DNA of 63,610 nt, counting the filler, from Reticulomyxa filosa (lineage: Eukaryota > Protista > Foraminifera), in assembly GCA_000512085.1 (NCBI GenBank). It is 22 parts of 22 records of this genome, joined end to end, with 100 filler letters (N's around TTAATTAATTAA, not from the genome) between each part and the next. Parts side by side here need not be neighbours in the genome. Positions count along the whole stretch, not along the records: positions 34,651 to 42,533 come from ASPP01008139.1; positions 42,634 to 44,032 come from ASPP01024470.1; positions 44,133 to 51,314 come from ASPP01010504.1; positions 51,415 to 53,521 come from ASPP01034073.1; 18 more parts are not named here. One strand, 5' to 3'. The translations under genes were made by a program, and so were the position numbers. The number at the start of each line of letters is the position of its first letter. Positions within the stretch are counted from its first letter, which is position 1. Of this stretch, positions 41,369 to 53,621 are shown piece by piece. A model generated the notes under the pieces. It saw only the letters and a list, made by a program, of their open reading frames with translations, was not told where the DNA came from and searched no databases.

Positions 41369-42068
41369 TTACGTCTGTTCATAATTATTGTTTATCCGAT
41401 GTTTCAATGTCACCTTCAACATTTTCCTGATTGTTATTTTCTGCTTCTTCGTTGTTCTCAGCATTGTTTTCATCTTCACTTTGAGATGATGCGTCAGATT
41501 CTTCATCTGAACCTTCTTCCGCTTGTTTTTGTTCTGTTTATTATTATCATTATTATAATCATTACTAACTCCTCTTTCATCAGTTAAGTGATGGAAAAGA
41601 GGAAAAAAAAAAAAAAAAACAAAATCAAAAAGCAAAACTCAATATTTTGCGGATTGCTAGCGTGGTGAGATATTCCAATTGGTCAAATTGCGGCTGAATA
41701 TCTCTCTTTAAGTCCCAATTGGCTTTTTTAGGGGTGATTTCATGCGATGCGTGATTAAGTATTTTCGAATTTTGAATCAGTTCTTCAAAATCTTGGCTAA
41801 ATTCAATTGGTTGTGTGGGCTCAACACAATATCTTTTCAATTGGTCGTCTTTTGGAATGTAGTTTCGAAATTGCATTCTTTTGTGGCGCTTTTTCTTTTT
41901 TGTTTTGCTCTTTTGTTCATTTTTTGGCTCGTCTATTTGGTTTTCTTTGCCGTCTTGGGCCTTGTCAATGTCCATGCCCTCTGCAAAAGAATTTTTTGCT
42001 GAGGGCTCGGTATCTTTCATTATAATATCATTTGGTTGGTCTGAATGCAAAGTATTTATCTCTGACAT
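41369..42068 (-). CDS. CCDC12: Spliceosomal protein Cwf18/CCDC12
   Basis: MQFRNYIPKD and ITPKKANWDLKRDI..QLEYLTTLAI match Cwf18. The 3' exons are uncertain and may extend to about 40858. Confidence 0.85.
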
Positions 42069-42633
42069 AACTAATGAATGCTCGAGCCGATCACAAAAAG
42101 GTGCTCAAAAACTCTACAAAATTGGCAAGACCATTTAACAGTAGTTTATTCGATTTAAGGCTGAAGACAAGCTGCAAATCTAAATTGCATCACTTAAAAT
42201 ACAAAATAAATTCTTACAGTTTTCTTCATAGAAACTAAAGTTTATTTCTCTTTTTTCGCAAACTGTTCAAAAGCTTGAAGTACCAATTGAGAGAGGAACA
42301 CTGCACACTAACACAACATGGAATCAGTTTTACAGTTGTTTTTTTTACAGTAACTAAGGAAACTTTTTGCTGTTTCATTGCTCTTTCAAAAAAAATCGGT
42401 GCATATGAATGAATATCCAAATTTAAATCTTCCAAGACATTTTTTTGATCACAAATTCAGAAATTTGATGTAATTCAATACTTTCAATAAAAAAAAAACA
42501 TGAATTTAAATTTAATTCAAATTGAAATTGCTCNNNNNNNNNNNNNNNNNNNNNNNNNNNNNNNNNNNNNNNNNNNNTTAATTAATTAANNNNNNNNNNN
42601 NNNNNNNNNNNNNNNNNNNNNNNNNNNNNNNNN

Positions 42634-43560
42634 CACAGTGCTCGTCCGCGTATGATAGAGATGGATTGAAAGTAAGAATGTATTGGTGGTTGGACAGTTT
42701 CCTCAAAGACAGAACTGGATAAGTTGTGTTGAATGGAATCAGTTCCAGTTACAATCAAGTTTGGTAGAGTGGGCATAAGACCCAGTCGATCACATTCAAG
42801 ATGAAGAACAAAAAGAAATACCCAAAGATGAAATTGAAACTGAATGGAAATAACATGTCAAGTATTTGTGATTGATCATACATTCCAGCATCACATCAAC
42901 GTGTATGGAAAGGCAGCAAGGAAATTGGGTGATACACTCCACGTCATACGACACCGTCATCTCGCCAGAAATATGTCAAGTGGAGCAAAAAGTTTCCTGA
43001 GCATAATTTGACAATGGAGTATCAATTGTGGAAATCGAACCACGAGTTCAAAGAAGATGAAAAATTCTGTTGGCGTGGAAGTTATCAAGGGCGTGCATCC
43101 ACGGAGCATAAGTCAAAATGCAAAGTGTTCAGTCAGATCACAACGACACCGGAACAAGCCACGATTAAAGGAATCACAACAATGATTGAAAGTGAGATTG
43201 GGGCAGTTCAAGAATATTACAAGAACAAGGATAACAGAGTTGTTATTCTTTCTGATTGTAAATCTGTTGTGAACTCAGTTCTCAACAAGTGCAATTCCAG
43301 ATTGATCTCTATCAAAGCCAGATAAAAGCGCGTCGTGGACTGAACACGCTCTTCGTGGAATGGAACAGACATTGAACGAATGAAAGAAATGAATTACAGC
43401 CGCACAAGTACACGAAACGATATTTACACAATCTGATTGAAGCCCATTTGAAAAGATTATGCTCCACAAGTTGGAAGTACACGAACGCAGATTACATGAA
43501 AAGTGGGGTTGAATTGATTCCTGTTCAAGATTAAACGATCACAGACAAATGGTGTGAAGA
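42634..43560 (+). mobile_element. Degenerate non-LTR retrotransposon (RT + RNase H fragments)
   Basis: WWLDSFLKDRT*VVLNG and HVKYL*LI (LINE RT motifs); VVILSDCKSVV (RNase H). Many stops and internal deletions. Confidence 0.75.
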
Positions 43561-44132
43561 TGAAGAAGACAAGAATAAAAGGAACTTTCAAAGTTCATCT
43601 TGGTGACTGGAAGGAAGATTTAAATATTTTGATAACTTCATATTTTATTTTCGTTTCCTTTTTTATTTGTGCCATGACCATCTAAAAAAAAAAGCATCAA
43701 TCAAGACATTGTTGCCAAATCCAACACATCGAACCTGAGAAGTTTAGTGATTAGAACAAGACATGGAATCCCGAAACTTTCAAAGTTCGTTGTTACAACT
43801 GGAAGGAAAATTTAGATTGTGTCATTCATTGAAACTTTTTCAACATTTTGATTGTGTTTTGATGCAATATGTTTATGTTTTTCTTTTATTTAGTGCTATG
43901 ACCTATTTTGGTCCAGGAAAAATAATATATATATATCCCCTTATCATCATTGGCGAACTAGGGGAACAAAGCCTAAGTCTTAGTGAAGTGACAAATGTCC
44001 AAATACATCTCCCATGGCAAAATGGCAAAAAANNNNNNNNNNNNNNNNNNNNNNNNNNNNNNNNNNNNNNNNNNNNTTAATTAATTAANNNNNNNNNNNN
44101 NNNNNNNNNNNNNNNNNNNNNNNNNNNNNNNN

Positions 44133-44265
44133 GCTATCTCTGCCAAGGGCGAGCACTCCATCCAAAGCTTGATTGAAAAGGATGCTCGGATTTGTGGTGG
44201 CTAAACCAAAGTATTGATGTGGCAATGCTATGTCACTGCCCAAGTATACTATGTCATAGCCCCTT

Positions 44266-44296
<31 letters not shown>

Positions 44297-44710
44297 TGTG
44301 TAGTGTTCTTTGGTATACATTCAATATCAACAAATGACATGAAATCGAACTGAATTGAATTTGAAGAAAACGGGAAGGGGAAGGGGGGGGGGGGGGGAGG
44401 AGGGGAAGGGGGAAAGGGAAAAAAAAATGTCTTTTTTGTTAATTTGTACCATTGACCAATTCGCCATAATAACTCCATGAAAAGGACCCCAATGACGCAT
44501 TTTTATAAGTAGAAGACGATGTATATGCATATGTCTCTTGTCCGCTGCTCAGCTTTGATGAGTCTATTGCTGGACTTAACCAAAATGACTCTGCGTTTAC
44601 ACTGTCCAATAACACTGTCAGTGCTTGCATCGCTGATCCTACTTTTATATCCAACGTCGCGTAGTCGTTATTTGTTTTTGTGTTTACGCTGCTTACACTG
44701 CTTCCTAGCC
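44133..44710 (-). CDS. Pepsin-like (A1) aspartic protease homolog, N-terminal lobe, partial
   Basis: IKVGS..QALTVLLDS, SSSTY, F...Y, G.DIV.LG, Q.FGLAT and LDGVLALG. Intron 44273-44449. Confidence 0.7.
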
Positions 44711-45387
44711 CACATCTTTTATTTTTTTAAAAAAAAAAGATTTTTTGTTTCAAGTCTATCGTTTTGCTCTCTTAGACGTTCTGACACAATTGTTCGTCAT
44801 TGTCTTCATCTTTGTATCATACAAATAGACCAAACAAAACTTCAAATGATAGATCAAAATTAATAACGTTGAAAATTGGCCCAACATTTAAGACTTAATT
44901 TGAAGCCTAATATTTTTAATATTTTAAATAGTTTTTTTTCCCGTCCCTCCATTTCTCAACTTTTGGACAAAGACTTTTTCAAAGACCAAACCATTTTTTT
45001 TTTACTACTGTTTGTCTTATATTTTCACTTACAACAAAAACGAACTAGCAAATAGTTAAGTAATGTTAGATTAAAAACGGCTGTCTTATTGGTATGGCAA
45101 TTATCTTGTAGTTTATATTGTTAAAAAAAGGCTCGGTGGTGATTTCTTGCGAACAAATGCAACAGATGATGAAATATTTGTATTCCTCTTTTTTTTTCAA
45201 TGAATATTAGGAGATGGACCCAATAAAAGTTTAAATAAGATGGGGGGGGGAAAAAAAAGAAACAAAAAACAAAACAAAAAAATGTAATATTCTTTCAACA
45301 ATTTGTTTAGAATAGATTTCAGTGATTATGTCTCCTTGACTGAACATTGAAACGCAAAGCACCTAATATCAAGTGAGTAATTGTCAT

Positions 45388-46345
45388 TTAAGGCGTATTG
45401 AGACTCTCTTCAGTCGATACCGTGTTTACCGTATTCCAAAGATTTCCAGCACTAGCATCTCTTTCCCATTGAGTAATCCATACAAGCCAAACGCATAACG
45501 TGAACATCAACAAAATGATTATATACACATATGTATATATATATAAGAGTTCGAATACCTTTCGTCGTCCTGTTGTGTGTATTGACTTCTTGATTGGGAA
45601 GACGAATCTCTATGATCACTCTCTTGTTTATGTTCGGTTTGATTTTTGTCTAGACTGGACATTTCATAGAAAAGATCCAATGTCTTGCACATTGTATAGC
45701 GAATCGAAGCGAGTTCACATGCTCCAATGTTTTTGAGCTAAAATTGTCGACAAAAAAAAAAAAAAAAAATTATATAAAGATAACATTTTTGTTTTGGTAA
45801 CAAACGTTTTAACTCCGATCACATATGAACTTGGCTGAATTTGTTTTAAGTTTGCATTCATTTTGTTTTTTCGAATTTCTTCAATGTCTTTGATCAATAC
45901 GCGGATACTCGTTGCATCGGCGATATCGTCTTCGCATTCACATAACAACACCTTTGCGATTTCACGGTAATAAAACGGCAACTGTTGAAACGGCCCTTGG
46001 TGCTTCTCCTTTTCAATACACTGTTTCAATTGCTCTGTCTTTAACCAACGCGGTGCCTTGATCCGACATTTTTTTGCTTTCTTTAATGCCACTGCCAACC
46101 ACAAGGGTACTTCTATCTCTGTTCCTGCCGCAAATGGACCATATGTTCCCTTTGTTCCATTTTTGTTTACTTAAATTGCTCACTCATCAAAAAAAATAAT
46201 TCGCCGAGAACAGAAAGTAATCACACTTAACGTGGATTAACTCGAATTTTGATAAAGAAAAGGATGGTACAATGGATATGAGTTCACTCTCTGCTAAGAA
46301 TTCGTTTTCATCTTGTGGTCCAAAAAGCTTCTTTCGTTCCATCAT
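45388..46345 (-). CDS. GINS2: GINS complex subunit PSF2
   Basis: EFLAESELISIVP, GTYGPF...EVPLWLAVALKK..KCRIKAPRWL, LPFYYREI and IRVLIKDIEEIR. The 3' end is approximate. Confidence 0.93.
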
Positions 46346-46751
46346 CTGGCAAGAGTGGGGTGTTTTTTTAAATTTTATTTTACACAAAGTTTATATTGAA
46401 AAAAGACGTTAGTCAAAATTGTAAGCCTGCAGTCCAAATACGCAGCACTTTTTGTTTTTATAGCTGCGATTTGAATTTACGTTGTCCTTTTTATTAAAAT
46501 TTTTTTAAAAAGTCTTTTTATTGTCAATATTTGTTATTTTCGAGATTGTTGGCAAACTGTTTCCTTTATTTGGCATTTGCATTCAGTTTCAGGCCAACTT
46601 TAGTGGACAACGACATACTTCTTGTCGAGAGATAGCTTGTGATAGTGCAACGATAAATGCAGAATTAGAAGAAAAAAAGCAATATTGGAAGAATGTCGAA
46701 AGACTAGGAAGAGAAAACAACAGTGCAAGAAGTAGGGCCGAGTTAACAAGA

Positions 46752-48796
46752 TTAACGTTGTTTCTGAAAGGCTTTCATTTCAAGATCAGGAATGGAAACA
46801 TCAAAGAGATCAATATCGCAAGGATTTTCCAGACCTAGTCCTTTTTTTGCGAAGGCTAAGAAATAAAAGGATCCAACACAGACAATGATTTCTTCTTTTT
46901 GTGATAAGTTACCTTCACGTTGTCTACCAAAGTTTGCTTTGGCAGCCATGTCGAACGCGACCCTAGCCTCAAGATCGGGTACCCCTTGACAACTATCATG
47001 GATGACCGGAGGTGGTCGTTGCACGCAGTGTATCTGCTGCGACTGCAAAAGGTGATTTTTCAACTCGGGTATTTTGATGGACCGATAATTGGGAGCACTG
47101 ACCAGATGGATATGATCGGCAAACGTGTTTAGCACTTTCAAGCACCGTTCAATCTCTTGACTGCTTCCGCCTTTTTCGGTGTTGTGTATATGTATTGCAA
47201 GTGTTTGATTGTGAAATCGATTCCAATTCTAGCGAATTGGTATGGACACATTCAAATGCAAATATAAATACAAATGCAAACAGAAAGGTATGAACAAATG
47301 AGACAAAACGAGACAATCCGGTGATAATACGATAGGAATATTGAGTTTTCGGATATTTGAGTTGCAGCGTTTCAAAGAAATTATTGATTGCAACATCATC
47401 ATGTCCGACATCGAGAACACAATGCAAGTTGTTTTGATATCTTTATTTTTTATTTTTTATTTTTTTATTTTATTTATTTTAATAATATAATAATAATGAT
47501 AATGCTATATAATGAATGATAACGAACAACAAATATTTGTTTGTTTGGAGTAACTCGGGATGAACAAGGGTATGCTCTTCAAAACGACATGGAGGTCGAA
47601 TAGACAACAACTGGTCGATTTGTGGCATGATCTTATCCAATCGAGCTTCTAGTCCTTTCAATTCATTGGCTAATACTTTCAAACACAACTTCGCAGTATT
47701 CTGGTTTTCTTCGTCGTATGGCACAAATCCTTTTTTATTCAATTCCACCGAAAATACTTCACTTTGGGTTTTTTTCGCTTCCTTTTGTTGTTCCCATTAG
47801 TAATGTACATCATATGATATATACGCATATATGCATATACATATATACATATATATATATACATATATATATATGTATATATGTATATGCATAGGTTTAT
47901 ATTTGATTGTGTTTCCACAAAACTCGATAAATAATCTCTTTTGGGACAGTGGGACCAATGACAACTGGCCGCTTTGGTTTGATAATCCCCGCTTTTTCAA
48001 AAGCTATCTCTTCAATTGTATCTCCCAAAATATCTGTGTGATGCAATGATATCGACGTTATTACTGATAGCAATGGATCTTCAATTATGTTTGTCGCGTC
48101 AAATCGTCCTCTTTTTTTTTTTTTAAAAAAATAAAAAACGCTGCACGTTAAATAGATGCATGTACATTATATAAACATATATATGTATACATATATGTTT
48201 ATATAATGTGCACATGCAAGAATTACTCAGTCTTACCCCAATCCAACTTCGATTACTCCAATATCTACTTTCTCTCTTTTGAAATGCTCAAATCCCAAGA
48301 CTGTAATAAATTCAAAAAAAGATACGTTTTGGACATTGAACTTCTTTTCCATGTCCAATAATGTTTCAACACAGTCAATCATCGCCTCTTGACTTATCAT
48401 TTCTTTTTTATGGGTTTTACTGTCCATTGTTACCAAACGCTCTCGCAGTGAACATATGTGTGGAGATGTCATCAACCCTACTTTGTATCCACAATGGCTT
48501 AATACATTCCCGAGCTTCCAACATACTGAGCCTTTCCCATTGGTTCCTGTCACATGGATACATGGATACGCTCGCCAAGGATAACCCAGCACTTCTCCCA
48601 AACGAAAGGGAGTCTTTAAGGACAACTCGGACTTATATTCTTTACTTACGAGAGCTTGACGACGATGTATAAATTTGTTCACGCAGTCTTTATATTTCTG
48701 AAGAGTAGTAAACGACATTATCCACCATGAGAATTTTCTGAGGAAATTACTGTCCCAAAACGAAACGTTCAAACATATTTCTTTTGAAAATAACAT
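46752..48796 (-). CDS. Folylpolyglutamate synthase / dihydrofolate synthase
   Basis: [25 protein letters not shown]|[27 protein letters not shown] and GSFY. Confidence 0.93.
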
Positions 48797-49217
48797 TTAT
48801 CTTTATTAACTTGCGTTGAATGTCTATTTGAAAATTTCAAAAGCATATCACTTAAAATATTTTGTTTTACTCCGTTATTGAAATATTTTACTTTTATTAT
48901 TAAGCCAAGGTATATGGACCCTGAGAAATGTTGGCATATCCCATTCCAAGTTGTCCATATTCAACTTTGAACAATCTTTACTTCGATTCCAAAATAAAAA
49001 GCAATATGATGAAAGTAAATTTTTTTTTGCTTTTGTATTTTCTTGTTTGTTCAATCATATTTGGAAAATTTTGTTCAGCAGCATCTGATCTTTTTTTATG
49101 TTTAATTTTTGATTTGATCAGCAACACAGAAAAATGCTTTTTTTTTTTTTTCAATGTTTGTAAAACGATGAATACTCCTTTCATTTTTAAGTAAAAAGTA
49201 ATGGTGATCTTATTCGT

Positions 49218-51192
49218 ATGAAAACGGGGTAAGTGGTACTTTTGGTTTTCCTCTTTTTTAAAAAAAAAAAAAACGCAGCTTGTAGGGAAAAAAAAATAAT
49301 GGCAGCAAAGAAGACCAAGCAAAATCCACCCACAGATGATGAAACCGAACATGGAGACATGGTGGACAAATTATTAGATTATACTCTTCCGAACAAGTAT
49401 ATCTTTAAAAGACTAAAAAAGGCAGACGACGAAAAAAAGGAGGAGAAAGAGAGGGACGCAAGATGCGAGAGCAAGGTGGATACATCTATGGAATTTAAGG
49501 ATGTGGACAAGATATGTACGCAAGCGAACATATTAATACAAGAACTGTTGAACAAGTGTCGAGACGAAGAGCAAGATAAAGCATGTGATTTTTCGCACGT
49601 GTATGGAGTGGTATTGGGAGGAAGTTTGCAGAAGCGTTTAGCGATAGGAAAGAAGTACGACGGAGATTTGGTATTGTTATGTCAAATGGGTAAGATGAAG
49701 GTATCAGAGGCACGAGAGCGTAAGCAAAAGATATTGGAGTGGATAACAAATACGGTGACACGTTTGCAGCGAAGTAAGGATAGTAGGGTGTTGCAAGTGC
49801 CAAAGAAGTGTTTATCAGTGAAATTTGAAAACTATGAGTTCGACCTGTTGGTGGCATTTACGTATGAAAAAAGATTGTATTGTACATTTGATTACAAAAG
49901 TCTGGGGACGCACGTATACTTATTTTCAAAGGAAGAGCTGGAGATGACTGCGGAAGATTTGATGGAACATTACTCATCATACCAAGACGCGATCGACAGT
50001 GCCAATGCAGACGAAGTGGAGTTTTTGAAGGAAAATATGAGTGCGGCATTGACTTTATTAGGGACGTATTACTTGAGAGAAGAGTTGATTGGTAAAAACG
50101 CATTGCGAGCTATTTTGCTGCTGAAAACGTGGAAGTACGACTTGCAGCAAGAATACCCGAACTTGAAAACTCTTTGCATCAAAAGCACCACCATCGAAAT
50201 GTTATGCGTTTATGCGAGGGAATTTTTGCGCAAGCGGTTGAAGAAAAAAAAAACAGATGTGAGCATGCTTTCCATCATCCAACAGGTTATGCGCATTATC
50301 AACTGTCTCAGCGATTGTGCCAACAAAACTAGCGGCTGCATGTTGCGCTGGCCTTATGAAGAAAAGCCTAACAACACTTTGATTCGAGAGGAGGATATTC
50401 GAAAGTGGGCACTCAAACAAAGCTCTTCCATTTTGAATTCCGTGCTTATCATGGATAATATCATCTTACGTTTGGTCCAACTGCAGCTTTCTCTGTGACA
50501 AAAAATGATGACTATATATATATATATATATATACATTATTTTTTTAATTTAAAATAGAGTCTTTTTTTTTTTGTCCTCTTTTTATTTTCACTCCACTCC
50601 AAAAAAAATAACTGGTTTACTGTATATACAATGCACACAAATAAATTACTACGTATGATATATACATATGTAATATACGTGTACATATCACTTAATGGCT
50701 CTTGTTTTTTGTGCTAATGGTTTTAACACAGAAAAGGTTGAGAGAGATGCAACTCCAACGGTGTGGAGTGACCTTAGCAAACAAGCTTTGAAGGCCAAAG
50801 AAGAACTGGCCACAAATCCTGAGGCGTGGATCGACGACTTGCTTCGAAACAAGGAGCCCCCAAAAGAGCAAGCGAAAGATAAGATAACAATGCTTGACTT
50901 AGACAAGCATACTCTCACAATGAGAAAATTTTGCCTTGAACAGTGCTTCTATAAACTAAGCGTGGAAAAAAAACCCTTGAAAATTGCCTCGCACGAGCTC
51001 TTTGATAAATGGAAAGTGTTGTATCACAATTCATGTCCTTCGAATCTGACGATTATGGAGCGTGACATGAGACAACTCGTTAGCAAAGATCAATTAAAAA
51101 TTGGGTATGCCGGAAATGTTCCCACATACACTTGGATTGGTGAGCCACAAGACAAATCTCAAGACATTAATAAACTTCTTGGGCTTTCCTGA
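49218..51192 (+). CDS. 2'-5' oligoadenylate synthetase (OAS)-like nucleotidyltransferase with C-terminal winged-helix domain
   Basis: LGGSLQK...DGDLV, EFDLLVAF, AILLLKTW, IEMLCVYA, VLIMD and WSDLSKQA are collinear with OAS1. Frame-consistent introns 49229-49285 and 50470-50731. Confidence 0.85.
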
Positions 51193-53621
51193 AAGGAATA
51201 TCAGAGGATATCGGGATTAATTTTTTCCTTCACAACTCGCAAAATACAATTTACTTCAGACTAAAAAGATGTCTTCTCTCTTCAAAAAGTGAACAGCAAT
51301 TGTCTTTTTTTTTTNNNNNNNNNNNNNNNNNNNNNNNNNNNNNNNNNNNNNNNNNNNNTTAATTAATTAANNNNNNNNNNNNNNNNNNNNNNNNNNNNNN
51401 NNNNNNNNNNNNNNAATTGACTTCAAGTCCAGTTTCGCATTGTCTTTGCTTTTTTTTTTCTCCATCTTACTCAGTTTCTTCCTTTTGGCTTTTGGTTTCT
51501 TAATTAGATGATGTATATAAATTGATTCTAGAGTTTTCCTTTTTGAAGTTTTTTTGAACTGGGGAAGTTTTGTTGTGGCCAACTCTATTTTTTTGGTACA
51601 AAAATTACATCATTTGAAAAGAATTCATTTCAAAAGTTGTTTTCATTTTTAAAAATTAAAAAAGATCGTATATTCTAAATGCTAAAATCATGTGAGAAAA
51701 CATTTATTGTTGAAGATGAAAGTAAAAACAGATTTCATTTGAAAATTTCACGCAAAAAACGAATACAAAATATTTACCTTTATTTAAGTGGGTTTTTTTC
51801 TTACTTGGTTGTTCCCTACAAAAAGGGGAAACTTTAGAACTTTTCAATTCAAACAATTTAAAAGTTCAATTGCAGAAAAGGATTAAAAGTAAAAAACTTG
51901 ACGCAAGTACAACCTTTGAATAGTATTCTCTTTTAAGAATGAAACGAGATTGCGCCATCATTTAAGAACTGAGAAAAGAGAAAAAAAGAAGTGAGTTATT
52001 TTTCTAGAAAAGAGTATTCAAGATTATCTCAAGTTAGTTTAAATAATATAGCAAAATCAAAAGTAATATAAAGTATTCAGATAAAAAGCAAAGTTTTATC
52101 AAATAGCAATCATTGTACAAGTAATATTTTATTTGTAATTTTGTTGAAAATAACAGAAAAAGAAATAAATGTATTGAATTGTTTGCTTTTGAATGTTCTA
52201 TTTGGAGAGATGCACTTGTTTAAATGATAAATATTTTCAACAATTATTTCATACCAATGAAATTCAATGATATTTTCTTTTTTCCTTTTTTATTTAGATC
52301 AATTGATAGTCATTGAACACTGTTATAAATAATGAAAAAACAATTAAAATAAAAAGTAATGATATTCAAGAGAGTATCGATCTATAACTATCCAAAATGA
52401 CAAAACATAATTGGAGAAAAAAACACATTGAATAAATTAATGAATATAAATGTTGTTTAATTTAATGACAGAACATTGTTTGAGAAAAGTAATCTCACAT
52501 ATACAACATTTTATGTGACTTTTTATATTTTATTGAAGAGCCTTTTTTTGTTGTTATGTCCAAATTCAAAATACAAACAAAAAATCACTGAGTTAAACTC
52601 TTTTTTGCAAATATATACAGAAATATTTCTCTCATTATTTTCAATTCATTGTTTTCTTCTGTTCTATTCAATATACAATCACAAACATTCTGAAAACATT
52701 ATTTTTTTTTGTGCTACCATAAGACCTTAACTTACTGATGTCGTAAGTAGAAGAAGTGTCTAAATAAATTTGATTAAATTGTTTCCATTTTTCAAAATGA
52801 TTGTTTTATCCATCTTATTGCTAAATACTTGTAATAATTGTATTACACTGCAGTTGTTGTTGGTAAGTTGTGATATAATTGATGTATTAGTTTGAAAAAA
52901 GGATATTTGAACAATTTTTTTGATTTGCTTGCGTTAGTTGAACTCTTTGTAAAGAATTATCTATTTGCATATTTATGACAATGAAATGAACAATGATGAC
53001 TTGCAATATTGTTAAGAAAAAACAAAGTAAATGTCAATTTTACGTTAACAATTTGTTTAAGTTTATTTTTTTGATCAAAAGAAGGAAAAAAAAGCAAAAA
53101 ATAAAACATTTGCCAAGCGAACCCTTGCTTAGCTGGTAATTTTTTTTATTTCTCTTTTTTTTTTTACCTTCGTTTTTTAATTTAATGTTTTAACTTTAGT
53201 TTTGTATTTGGTGTATTTGTCGTTTAGTAGTAATTCAGCAAATATCATTGAAGAATGAAATGAGTTTATTAATATTTTATTTATTAATTTGTTTTTTGTT
53301 ATTTTTTTGAGATTTATTTTATGTTTTGTTTGTAATTTGTTATTAGTGCTGTTGATAAAAGTTTTTTTTGTTGCTAGTGTCTTGAAAGTATTTCAAAAAT
53401 TTATGTTGGGTTTAAGTGCAATGGCTTTTGCAATTAGTGGAATATATTCTATAATTTTACATGCACAATTTGCAACACTGTATTAAATTGTCGTTGTAGT
53501 TATTGATAATATACTTTTACCNNNNNNNNNNNNNNNNNNNNNNNNNNNNNNNNNNNNNNNNNNNNTTAATTAATTAANNNNNNNNNNNNNNNNNNNNNNN
53601 NNNNNNNNNNNNNNNNNNNNN

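Noticed and set aside
51415-53521. Long AT-rich contig with short hydrophobic ORFs
   Set aside because: No motifs; ORFs of this kind are expected by chance in T-rich DNA.
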